Origin: a bacterium
Lineage (GTDB): Bacteria; RBG-13-61-14; DATKZS01
Assembly (NCBI GenBank): GCA_963674965.2
Contig: CAXXFL010000006.1
Coordinates: 64,001 to 128,000 of the forward strand
DNA: 64,000 nt
Direction of reading: 5' to 3'
Shown here one piece after another: positions 19,087-28,173 of this stretch (the stretch's first letter is position 1; each line of letters opens with the position of its first letter). The notes below the pieces were generated by a model. The model was not told the origin of the DNA and did no database searches. It saw only the letters and a list, made by a program, of their open reading frames with translations. The translations under genes and the position numbers were made by a program.

Positions 19087-19842
19087 ATGGCCGTGATGAT
19101 AGGGGTCACGCCCGACACGCACGACGGGTCCAAACTAAAAACCCGGGTCCCTCCCGAGCGGATCGTGTACCTGTGGGACTCATATTTAAAGGCCCTTATC
19201 GATCACGGCGCCACGCCGGTCGTCCTGCCCGTCACCGGCGACAAGAAGGTCATACGGTCCATGCTCGACCGACTTGACGGCTTCCTCCTGGCCGGCGGCA
19301 ACTTCGACGTCCCCCCATCCTATTACGGTGAAGAAAACAAGCCCTGGCTCGGAAAGCTGAAGCCGGAGCGAAGCGAGTTCGAGAAGGCCCTTCTCATGGG
19401 GGCCCTCGACCGGAACGTGCCGGTCCTGGGCATATGCGGCGGCATGCAGATACTCAACGTGGCCATGGGGGGGACCCTCTACCAGGACATAGCAAGGGAG
19501 CGGCCAAAAGCAAGGGAGCATCAGCAGAATAAGAAAAAAGACTCTCCGTCCCATCAGGTCGTCGTCCCGCCCGGAACGAGACTGTACAAGATAATGACCG
19601 GCGGGAAAAAAGGGGACGCCCTAAAGGTAATGGTCAACAGCACTCATCATCAGGCGGTCAAGGAACTGGCCCCCGGGCTGGTGGTTTGCGCCGAGGCGGC
19701 CGACGGGATCGTCGAGGCCGTCGAGAGCCCGCGTCATCGCTTTGCCCTGGGTACCCAGTGGCACCCGGAACTTCTCTATAAGAAACAAAAGGAACAGGCG
19801 GCCATTTTCAGGGCCTTTGTCAGGGAGGCCGCGTCCAGGTAA
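19087..19842 (+). CDS. Peptidase C26 / gamma-glutamyl-GABA hydrolase family glutamine amidotransferase
   Basis: LGICGGMQ..NVA.GGTLYQD, VNSTHHQAV, QWHPE. Confidence 0.92.
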   Translation: MAVMIGVTPDTHDGSKLKTRVPPERIVYLWDSYLKALIDHGATPVVLPVTGDKKVIRSMLDRLDGFLLAGGNFDVPPSYYGEENKPWLGKLKPERSEFEKALLMGALDRNVPVLGICGGMQILNVAMGGTLYQDIARERPKAREHQQNKKKDSPSHQVVVPPGTRLYKIMTGGKKGDALKVMVNSTHHQAVKELAPGLVVCAEAADGIVEAVESPRHRFALGTQWHPELLYKKQKEQAAIFRAFVREAASR

Positions 19843-19851
19843 GGCGGGCCT

Positions 19852-20637
19852 TTATCGAGCTTTGCGTAGCGAGTATTCTTCCTCGGCCATCTTTTTGAAT
19901 TTCTTCATCGTCCTTCTCAGGACCACCACGCTGAAATAATGGACCAGACGGCCGGGAATGGGAAAGTCCATTTTCGTGTTGGCCGCGTAAGCGTAGCGGC
20001 ATTTGTCGGGACCCACCGCCGTGAAGCGGCACTGGCGGCCGCCCTCGATAAGGTCCCCCTTAATCCTCTTCCAGGTCTGGCAGAGGTTCTCGTCGTCGTA
20101 AAAACACTCGCTCACGGAACTGAAAGTCCGGATGAGGGCGTTGGCCCTGATCTCGACCAGCCTCGGCCGACCGTCCGGATATTTCTCCAGCACTTTGGTC
20201 TCCTCCACGAAACCGGCCAGCTCGGTGAGGCCCACGTGCTCGCTGAGAAGATTGAAGCAAAACTCGGGCGGGGCGTCGATGATAAGGGAATGAGAGGCGG
20301 AGTAACCGATAAACTCTTCTCCCGTCTCCGCGGCGGGAAGCTCGTCGAGCGATCCCCCGTCGAACTCGACCCCCGCCACGAACCGGCGATGGTCGGCGCT
20401 CCTTTCCCGGCTCTTTTCCGTGTACTTCACGGCCCCGGAAAGGTTGAGGCTCATGGCGCCCTCGGGCATGACTATGGTCAGGTCCAGCGGCGTTCCGATT
20501 TTCAGTTCGTCTCCAGTGTAAATTCCGATGCCGCCGGGAGAGATGTCCCGGCTTTTCGTCACGAAGGTCTTGCCGGCGTGAGTATAAAAAACTTCATACT
20601 CCACCTTCATTCGAGGACTCGTCCTTCTTTCGATCAT
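19852..20637 (-). CDS. PilZ domain fused to SRPBCC/START-like domain
   Basis: ERRTSPR (RxxxR) and DISPGG (DxSxGG); C-terminal IDAPPE.CF..L..VEETKVLE..PDGRP cyclase/START-like pattern. Confidence 0.75.
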   Translation of the reverse strand: MIERRTSPRMKVEYEVFYTHAGKTFVTKSRDISPGGIGIYTGDELKIGTPLDLTIVMPEGAMSLNLSGAVKYTEKSRERSADHRRFVAGVEFDGGSLDELPAAETGEEFIGYSASHSLIIDAPPEFCFNLLSEHVGLTELAGFVEETKVLEKYPDGRPRLVEIRANALIRTFSSVSECFYDDENLCQTWKRIKGDLIEGGRQCRFTAVGPDKCRYAYAANTKMDFPIPGRLVHYFSVVVLRRTMKKFKKMAEEEYSLRKAR

Positions 20638-20959
20638 AAAATACTCGCTCGACTGGATAGCATGAGCCGCGTTCTCCGGGACGATCGGCCTGGGCCGTTC
20701 CCCATGGACCCGGTGAGACGCCGGTTGGCTCGCGCCGGCGGGCCTCCCCACGAGACCCCGCGCGAGAGGGCATTATCTCACGAATGGACCGTTCTTACAA
20801 TATCCCTTCGCGTCTACCTTCGCGTTTACCTTTCTACCTGGATTAAAGCCAATGTATATCGAACTTCTTGCAAAAGTCCTTTTTTTGGCGGCATAGCCGT
20901 TTTGGAGATTGCCCAGGACCGATATAATAATTCGAGGTCACTTGACAAATGGGGACATA

Positions 20960-21077
20960 GGAGCGCGGTCGCTTGAGACCGCTTTCGATGGCCTTGGCTT
21001 GACAAGGCTAAACAATACAACCGCTTGCCTCGCGTCAAGCCGCTCGGAAGAAAAGCGGCGTCGAGCCGCCGCACTCC
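20960..21077. repeat. REPIN-like element: inverted pair of GGAG-type REPs
   Basis: GGAGCGCGGTCGCTTGAGACCGCTTT and AAAGCGGCGTCGAGCCGCCGCACTCC; inner GGCTTGAC/GTCAAGCC pairing. Confidence 0.75.
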
Positions 21078-21195
21078 AAAGCAACACTTTTGCACGAGGT
21101 TCTATCAACTGGTCAAAGGCCGGCGAAAATGTTAAAATGCCTCCGTCCAATGTGGATTAAGAGAAAAATTTACACGATAGGGCACGGTGGTCATA

Positions 21196-22524
21196 ATGAA
21201 AATCAAATCGTTTTCCATAGCGCTGTTATTTTTTCTGGCCTTAGCGACGATACTGGCCGGTTATGGACTGGCGTCCTCACCGGCGAAACGGTCATTGACC
21301 CGTACCGAGGATTTCGTGGTCCTAAAAGGAGACCGGGTCCCGGACCTGATCGGTTCTCCCCTCGAGGAAATAAGGTTTTATTCCTGCTCGGGCAAGTCTT
21401 GCCGTGAGGTCCCCCTTCAGATCGACAAGGTTGACGCCGAGGGCAAGTTCGTGTTCCCCAACGGGAAAGACCCCGAGAGGGACGGGCGGGACCTTGACGG
21501 CAACGACGAAATCAGCTTCATGGCCGGAGACCTTGGCGACCGCTTGCCCGGCTATACGGCCGAGGGTTCGGTTATCGGGGTCGAGATCGAGGCCAAGGAC
21601 CCGGGGAGCGGCGCCAGGGCCTGGGGCTATCTTTTCCACGTGCCGGGCTCGAGGCCAAGTCCCGACCTTCCCGACTACGTCGGTTTCGAGCAAAAGGACG
21701 GCCGTAGCCTGGTCAAGGCCGACAACTTTATTCTCGGCTACGACAGCGACAGCCTCAGTTACGACGAGATGCGCATGCGAAACGGGAAGGGCGAGTTCTC
21801 GGAGGACGTGCTGGACAAGCAGCGCATCGGCATGGAGGCGATCATGGCGGGAGGCCAGAAAATCCCCATTAACGCCCCCGAGAGTATAGTGAAAATCAAG
21901 GACATCGCCTGGATTGACGGCCCGATCCGCGTGGTCCTGGACCAGGTGGTCGTCATCAGGATCGTGGCCGTTAATTTCCAGTACGGCATGGAGTACTATT
22001 TAAGGTTCTATCGTTGCGGCCAGCACAACTCGGTCGACTTTTCCTTTCCCTCGGGACCCAACGCCATGTTCGAGTCCGTGCTCTTCTACTGGTCCCTTGA
22101 CCTTGTGCCCCAGGCCGAGGGATTCACTTATATCGATCCCAACCACATGGACCCCGTCAAGATAACGACGGCGGAGAAAAAAGGCATCGATGGAGACGAC
22201 CTCCATTACTGGTGGGGCATGTACGGACCGGATGGGGCCGTGTTGCAGGCCCTCGATATGGACGACGACATGGTCCCCTATTTCGGCTGCTATGCCCGGT
22301 GGCTGTCCGACCCCAACGCGGTCTTTAAAAAGGGAGAAGTCCCGGGCAAACTGGATATCGGATTCAACTGCAGGGAACTGGGCCAGATGCCCGATAAAAA
22401 GGACTACCACTGGTTTAACTACATCCTGTTCCCCAAGGAACCCTCCAGGGAAAAGCTTCTCCAGATGAAGGAAATTTTCGAGTCCCCCCTCGAGGTCGGC
22501 GTCGCGTCGATTCCGACCGCTTAG
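21196..22524 (+). CDS. Hypothetical secreted protein
   Basis: Long ORF with host-like codon usage and a signal peptide (MKIKSFSIALLFFLAL...). Confidence 0.8.
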   Translation: MKIKSFSIALLFFLALATILAGYGLASSPAKRSLTRTEDFVVLKGDRVPDLIGSPLEEIRFYSCSGKSCREVPLQIDKVDAEGKFVFPNGKDPERDGRDLDGNDEISFMAGDLGDRLPGYTAEGSVIGVEIEAKDPGSGARAWGYLFHVPGSRPSPDLPDYVGFEQKDGRSLVKADNFILGYDSDSLSYDEMRMRNGKGEFSEDVLDKQRIGMEAIMAGGQKIPINAPESIVKIKDIAWIDGPIRVVLDQVVVIRIVAVNFQYGMEYYLRFYRCGQHNSVDFSFPSGPNAMFESVLFYWSLDLVPQAEGFTYIDPNHMDPVKITTAEKKGIDGDDLHYWWGMYGPDGAVLQALDMDDDMVPYFGCYARWLSDPNAVFKKGEVPGKLDIGFNCRELGQMPDKKDYHWFNYILFPKEPSREKLLQMKEIFESPLEVGVASIPTA

Positions 22525-22583
22525 CCCGAGGCGGAAATTGCGGACGCTTTTAGCCGCGACTTTCCAGATTATGGGCCAAGCGT

Positions 22584-25415
22584 TCAGGAATGGAGCCTGA
22601 GGACGAGCTGGTTCAGCGAGGCCTTGGCTTTCTCCCCAATTCTCCCCTCTTCCTTGATCATGCGCCTTAAGAATTTTTCCGACGCCGGGCCGCCTATCTT
22701 GCCCAAAGCGTCAAGGGCCGCGATGATTATGACCGGGTCTTTTTCTTCCTCGAGGCTTCTTTTAATCCTTTTCAAGAGACCACCCCTGGCGTCGGCCTTT
22801 TTCTCGGCCAGGTCGATGATGGCTTTTTCCACCTGGCCGGCCAGGGGAAGATCGGACATGTTGCCGAGCTGTCGGATCAATTGTGACGCCATAAGCTCGT
22901 GGGCCTCGGATTCTTCTTTCTCCTTTGGCGGCTCCTCCCCGATCATCTCGATCAGGCGCTGGATCGCGGCCTGGCTCGGCGGCTTGAACATGGCCAGACT
23001 GGCCAGGGCACGCCTGGCGACTTTCTGGTCCTTGTCCATGATCGCCCGCAGGACCAGGGGCTCGGCCTTTTTGCCCTCCAGCCGGAGGGCCGCGTTAAGC
23101 GCCTCTTCCCTCAGCCGGGGCCGCGGGTTCCTGAAGTATCTATGGACCCGCTCGAGGTCTTGTTCTCCTCCCCCGATCTGTCCGAGCACGAGCAGGGCGT
23201 TCCGGTGCAGGAACCATTCCCGACCGTGGTCGTCAAGAATCTTTCTCACCCTGGCCAGGGCCGGGGCACCCATCTTTATCAGCGCGTCAACCGCGGACTT
23301 TCTCGTTCCTCTGTCCTTGCTCTCGGCCAGGACCTTGACTAGTATATCGACCCCTCGCTTGCCGATAAGGACCGCGATCTCGTCGATGACCGCTCGGTCC
23401 GTCTTCTCGGCCTCCTGGTAAAAACGGGCCAGGTCCTCGCGAAGTTCCCCGAAGACGAACCCGATCGGCCCACCTTGCTCGGCGGACGCGCCGATAAAGG
23501 CCCCGTTGTCCTCCGCGGCCCTGGCCAGGGCCTCCGTAATCGAAAAGAGCGCGGGCCACAGCCCCTTCTCCATGAGGGCGGGCGCGGCGCGCTTGTAACA
23601 GCGGAGAAGGACCAGGGCGTTTTCCTCCGAGGATACGGCCTTCGTTTCCGCCACGTAATCATCCACGCTCGCGGCCAGGTCATCGGCCAGGCGCATGGTA
23701 TTTACGCGGTACTGGACCTCGAGGGGAAGCTCCTCGAAGCTTAGTATCTCGTTGAAGAAAAGGTCCTCGAGGAACCTGGACTTGCCGGGGGCGTCCTCCG
23801 CCACCACCCGCTTCGATATCCACTGCAGGATGCGACGGACGCTGGAAAGACGGCTCGCCACGGCGTGCTTGTCCTTGCCACGTCCGGCCAGTTCCCTCAG
23901 TCTTTTCATCTCGTCGAAGATCAGGCGGGAGGTGGGAATAAGGATGGGCATGGGAAACGACTCGATAATGGTCCGCTCCAGTTCCTCCTCGTCCATGGCC
24001 TTCACGTGCCTGGCGATCACGTAGCAGTTGAGCACGATGTCCTTTAAAAGGGACGGGTGCCTCATGGGCCGAATGATGTCCTCGACGATCCTGATCTTCA
24101 AGGCGTGGATTTCATCCTCGGACACGTCCTTGAACATGGGCAGGACCTTGAGGTCCTTGGCCAGGCGGTGAATGGCCATCTCGACCCGCCAGGGAAGCTT
24201 CTCCTCGATCAGCACCATGTCGTCCATGAAGACCGTGGATATCTCCGTGATGCCGCGCTCGACCAGGGCCCCCGTCAGCATTCCTCCCACCTTCGAGTCC
24301 TCGCCGCGGTCGGCCCGCGGGTCGCTCATGACGTCAACGAAATCCTCGAAGTGCTCGCGAGTGATGTCCCTTTTGACGGCGAAGCTGATGAGTCCCTTCC
24401 GGTTGAAAAAATCGCGCAAGCGGGGAACGAACATCTCGGCCATGCCCGCGCCCACGACCGTTCGCACGCTGACCTGGTCCTCCAGCACGCCCGAGATTAA
24501 AACGTCCGTCTTCTCATGGGTCTCCTGGTTGGTGAAACCTATCTCGCGCTCGTCCCCTATGGCGGCCATGAGGTTTTCGTACAGCCCGGCCTTGGCGTTC
24601 TTGGCGCCGGGATGGTCGGACGCGTAATAGCCGCTGCGGAGCATGGCCTTGGCCAGGTCCATGACGAATTCTCCCACCGGCTTCAGGCGCTCTCGCTCGG
24701 CTGGGGTAAGTTCCTTTTTCTCGTCAAAGCGTACGTGCTTTTCCTCCTCCTCGACGAGTGCTTCCTCTTGTTTTTGCACCTCCATATCCGCGAGACCAAT
24801 GAGGCCCCTCACCCAATCGACTTTCTTTTTGGGAGGAGTAAACGCCTTCTTGGCCTTCTTGGGCGAAGGAGGCGCGGGAGGGGGAGGCGGCGGCAAAGGC
24901 CTGACCGCGCGGTCGGGAGCGGACGCGGTCGGCGGCGGCGGAGGAGGAGGAGGAGGAGGCGGAGGAGGAGGCGGAGGAGGCGGAGGAGGAGGCGAAGCTT
25001 TTTTCGGAGTTGGCGGCGAAGAAGGAGGAGGCTTATTTACGGCCGGCGGCTTTTGCGGAGCCTTTTTAGCCGTGATCAAAGCTTTAAACGCTTCCCCATA
25101 GGCCTCGCTTGTCTTAATATCCTTTACCAGATCGTTGAACTCTTGTTGAGATTCTTTGACAAAGACCGCCTCCATGCCCGACTTTTGCTTTACATTCGCG
25201 CCGGGGTCGGGGAGCATGGAAACGGCTATTTTGGCCGCGAGAGTATGGTCCCGCTCAAGTCCAGGCGCCTTAATGGTCAGGGTAATTACGTCGCCTTTGG
25301 GCCGAGGTTTTTTAGAGGGAATAAATATACGGCCGGAGGCGATCATGCCAAGGTCCTTGGCGAACCTTTCCGGTGAAGGATAATTGAGAACGATCGGCTT
25401 TACGTCAACGTCCAT
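22584..25415 (-). CDS. Degenerate PilZ-like domain + polyproline linker + HEAT-repeat protein
   Basis: N-terminal IASGRIFIPSKKPRPKG PilZ-like segment, long Pro run, C-terminal HEAT/PBS-like repeats (RKSAVDALIKMG, RNALLVLGQIG). Confidence 0.78.
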   Translation of the reverse strand: MDVDVKPIVLNYPSPERFAKDLGMIASGRIFIPSKKPRPKGDVITLTIKAPGLERDHTLAAKIAVSMLPDPGANVKQKSGMEAVFVKESQQEFNDLVKDIKTSEAYGEAFKALITAKKAPQKPPAVNKPPPSSPPTPKKASPPPPPPPPPPPPPPPPPPPPPTASAPDRAVRPLPPPPPPAPPSPKKAKKAFTPPKKKVDWVRGLIGLADMEVQKQEEALVEEEEKHVRFDEKKELTPAERERLKPVGEFVMDLAKAMLRSGYYASDHPGAKNAKAGLYENLMAAIGDEREIGFTNQETHEKTDVLISGVLEDQVSVRTVVGAGMAEMFVPRLRDFFNRKGLISFAVKRDITREHFEDFVDVMSDPRADRGEDSKVGGMLTGALVERGITEISTVFMDDMVLIEEKLPWRVEMAIHRLAKDLKVLPMFKDVSEDEIHALKIRIVEDIIRPMRHPSLLKDIVLNCYVIARHVKAMDEEELERTIIESFPMPILIPTSRLIFDEMKRLRELAGRGKDKHAVASRLSSVRRILQWISKRVVAEDAPGKSRFLEDLFFNEILSFEELPLEVQYRVNTMRLADDLAASVDDYVAETKAVSSEENALVLLRCYKRAAPALMEKGLWPALFSITEALARAAEDNGAFIGASAEQGGPIGFVFGELREDLARFYQEAEKTDRAVIDEIAVLIGKRGVDILVKVLAESKDRGTRKSAVDALIKMGAPALARVRKILDDHGREWFLHRNALLVLGQIGGGEQDLERVHRYFRNPRPRLREEALNAALRLEGKKAEPLVLRAIMDKDQKVARRALASLAMFKPPSQAAIQRLIEMIGEEPPKEKEESEAHELMASQLIRQLGNMSDLPLAGQVEKAIIDLAEKKADARGGLLKRIKRSLEEEKDPVIIIAALDALGKIGGPASEKFLRRMIKEEGRIGEKAKASLNQLVLRLHS
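24927..24993. repeat. GGA/GGC trinucleotide tract encoding polyproline
   Basis: Visible low-complexity run within the CDS. Confidence 0.85.
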
Positions 25416-25600
25416 GCCGACCTCCACCACCAATCAGGGACGAAGAGCATGAACGTCCGATTGCCGCTTTCAAGACGCCCATTCCATTTCCCCCTCTAAT
25501 ATTTAGAATAAACTAACCGATTGGCCAAAACAAACCAATACCACCCGCCAATGGCGCCCGGCGCCAAGATAGGCGAGCTATCGGGGCCATCCGGATTATT

Positions 25601-26785
25601 TCAGAATCTTAGTCTTCCGGTATGGCCGGGGCAGATTTTGCCGAGGACTACGCGGCGGTCGGCCCCGGTGGCGCCGGGGATGTTGGCCGGCCTTCCCTCC
25701 ACGGTCTCCATGGCCAGGATGGCGAAGGCGATGGCCTCCTTGGCCAGGGCGGGGACCCCGTACTCGTCCGAGGTGGCCACGGGTATGGGTTGGAAAAGCT
25801 CGGTCAGGAGTCGGAGAAGGGTCAGGTTTTTCGCGCCCCCGCCGCTGATGATGACCTCGTCCACCGGCTTGTCTTGACGGTAGAAGGCGTCGTAATGCCG
25901 GAAGATGGCCTGGGCCGTAAGGGCCGTGGCGGTGGCGATGTGGTCCAGGTACTTGCCCGACCTCGAGGCCGGATGCACGTCGATGAAGGCGTCGGCGAAC
26001 CGGGCGCCGAACCTCTCCCGCCCCGTGCTCTTAGGGGGAGGCTCGCTGAAAAAGCCGCTCTCGAGAAGCTCGGACACGACCTTGGCGCTGGCCTTACCCT
26101 TGGCCGCGTGACGTCCGTCCCGGTCGTAGGTCTCCTTCATGTTGGTGTGGCGAGCGGTCAGCTCGTCGATAAGCATGTTGCCCGGACCGACGTCCGAGCC
26201 GACCACCGAGGACGGATCGACCGCGCCCGCCTCGAGTACGGTGCCGTTGGCTATGCCGCCGATGTTGACCAGGAAGCGGGTCTTGCGCGGGTGACTGAAA
26301 AGCAGGTAGTCCACGTAGGGTACCAGCGGAGCCCCCGACCCGCCCGCCGCCACGTCGGCCGGTCTGAAATCCGCCACCGTTGTAACGCCGGTCTTCACGG
26401 CGATGACCGATGGCTCGGCCACCTGGAGCGTGGCCCGAATCTTGTACTTGCCCATCTGCTCGGCCATGGGCAGGTGGTGGATGGTCTGGCCGTGGGAGCC
26501 GATAAGGTCCACGTCGGATGGATATATCCTTGCCTCCTTGATGATGGACAGGGCGGCCTCGGCGAATATCTCGCCCAAATAGAAATTCAGGCGCGCCACC
26601 TTGTCCACGTAGCCCGTGGCCTCGTCTCCCGCCTCGAGTATGAACCTGACCGTCTCGCCGTCGTAGGGATAGGTTTTAAAGGACAATAGCTCGACCCTGA
26701 CCCCCGCCTCAGTTCGGGTGAGGTCCACCAGCGCGGCGTCCACCCCGTCCAGGGACGTTCCCGCCATGAGGCCTATTACTTTCAT
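25601..26785 (-). CDS. anmK: Anhydro-N-acetylmuramic acid kinase
   Basis: True start MKVIGLMAGTSLDGVD at 26785; GSHGQT, DFR.AD.AAGG.GAPLVP, NIGGIAN, D.GPGN, KEA.AFA.LA. Confidence 0.95.
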   Translation of the reverse strand: MKVIGLMAGTSLDGVDAALVDLTRTEAGVRVELLSFKTYPYDGETVRFILEAGDEATGYVDKVARLNFYLGEIFAEAALSIIKEARIYPSDVDLIGSHGQTIHHLPMAEQMGKYKIRATLQVAEPSVIAVKTGVTTVADFRPADVAAGGSGAPLVPYVDYLLFSHPRKTRFLVNIGGIANGTVLEAGAVDPSSVVGSDVGPGNMLIDELTARHTNMKETYDRDGRHAAKGKASAKVVSELLESGFFSEPPPKSTGRERFGARFADAFIDVHPASRSGKYLDHIATATALTAQAIFRHYDAFYRQDKPVDEVIISGGGAKNLTLLRLLTELFQPIPVATSDEYGVPALAKEAIAFAILAMETVEGRPANIPGATGADRRVVLGKICPGHTGRLRF

Positions 26786-27996
26786 AGCGTCTCCTTGAGA
26801 AAAGCCCGGTGCTCGGTCCTGGCGTCCTTTGCCACCCTCGGGTTGAGGAGAGTCTCCGCCCCGGCCAGGGCAAGGCAAAGGATGGCGTTGCCCAGCATGA
26901 CGCGGGCGCCTTGCGTTCCTCCCGCCCGGGCGAACTCCTTGGTATGGACCCCGTCCCTCGCGCCGGGGATGGCCATCACGGGATGGATCACGGGAGCGTG
27001 AAGCCCCACGTTGCCCACGTCGGTGCTGCCCATGCCCTCGTCCTCCGGGCCTTGCTCCTCTTTGACCCCCGCCTCGGCCAGGGCGGCCCTGAAAACCTCG
27101 CCCAGGACCCGGCTGGGAACGTAGGGCGCGTACATGAGGTCGTATTGCGCGTTGACCTTGAGGCGAGCGCCCGCGGCCCTGGCGGCCCCCTTGGCGCAAT
27201 CCACCAGCCTGGAAGTCATTTCCCTGGTTTCCTTGACCGTCGTTCCCCTGGCCATGAAGGAGGCCGTGGCCAGGTCGGGAATGATGTTGGGCGCCACGCC
27301 GCCGTGGGTGACGATCCCGTGAATCCTGGAGGCATGGGACGTCTGTTGTCTCATGACGTTTACGGCGTTGAAGGTCTGGATGAGGGCGTCGAGGGCGTTG
27401 ATCCCCCCATGGGGCTCGGCCGCGGCGTGGGCGGATTTTCCCTTGAAGGTGAGGTCCACGTTGACGACCCCGAGCGAGCGCTTGTAGACCTCGGTCTTCT
27501 GCTCGGGATGGACCAGGAAGGCCGCGTCCACCTCGTCGAAAACGCCGCGGTCCGCCATCATTACCTTGCCCCCGTACTGTTCCTCCGCCGGGCACCCTAT
27601 CACCTCTATCCGGCCGGGAGCGTCCGGCAGGGCCATGGCCAGGACCGCCGCCGCGCCCGCGCTGGCCGATCCTATCAAGTGATGGCCGCAGGCGTGACCC
27701 AGCCCCGGCAGGGCGTCCATTTCCGCCAGGAAGGCCACACGAGGCCGGGCCTTCCCTCCCCCAAGGCTCGCCCGAAAGGCCGTCTCGAGGCCGGCCACCT
27801 CGCGCTCGATCTTAAAGCCATAGCGTCCGAGAAAATCGGACAAAAGGGCCGAGGCGAATTTTTCCTGGAAGGCCAGCTCGGGGTTTTTCCATATGGCGTG
27901 GGCCGCGGCCCAGGCCTCGGGCAGTACCAGTTGGGCGTGTTTTTTTATTTCCTTTATGGTCTTGCCGGACAAAGAGAGTCTTTGCATTTGTTCCAT
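26782..27996 (-). CDS. M20 family metallopeptidase/amidohydrolase
   Basis: PELAFQE, AEMDALPG.GHACGH, PAEE, G..AHAA..P..GINALDA, GSTD.GNV. Confidence 0.9.
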   Translation of the reverse strand: MEQMQRLSLSGKTIKEIKKHAQLVLPEAWAAAHAIWKNPELAFQEKFASALLSDFLGRYGFKIEREVAGLETAFRASLGGGKARPRVAFLAEMDALPGLGHACGHHLIGSASAGAAAVLAMALPDAPGRIEVIGCPAEEQYGGKVMMADRGVFDEVDAAFLVHPEQKTEVYKRSLGVVNVDLTFKGKSAHAAAEPHGGINALDALIQTFNAVNVMRQQTSHASRIHGIVTHGGVAPNIIPDLATASFMARGTTVKETREMTSRLVDCAKGAARAAGARLKVNAQYDLMYAPYVPSRVLGEVFRAALAEAGVKEEQGPEDEGMGSTDVGNVGLHAPVIHPVMAIPGARDGVHTKEFARAGGTQGARVMLGNAILCLALAGAETLLNPRVAKDARTEHRAFLKETL

Positions 27997-28173
27997 CCTC
28001 GTGAAATATCTTATCGCGACGGGCGGATTATTTCATCTTTATAATCGGTAAAATCTTAAATTTTAATCTTTTCCTGAAATTTATATTAAAAACTGGTATT
28101 ATGTTCCTGATATATTCTGGACACTTCCAAGCGGCAAGATAACCTTTGTATACCATGCGCCGCAAGAGGGCAT

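Noticed and set aside
17161-19122. Long antisense ORFs (also 28099-30039, 30430-32631, 38683-40671, 40975-42990, 45674-47566, 59780-61900)
   Set aside because: Shadow frames of well-supported genes in high-GC DNA, with no recognisable motifs.
26786-27595. Long N-terminal extension of AnmK
   Set aside because: Alternate-frame overlap with the M20 peptidase; AnmK motifs begin at 26785.
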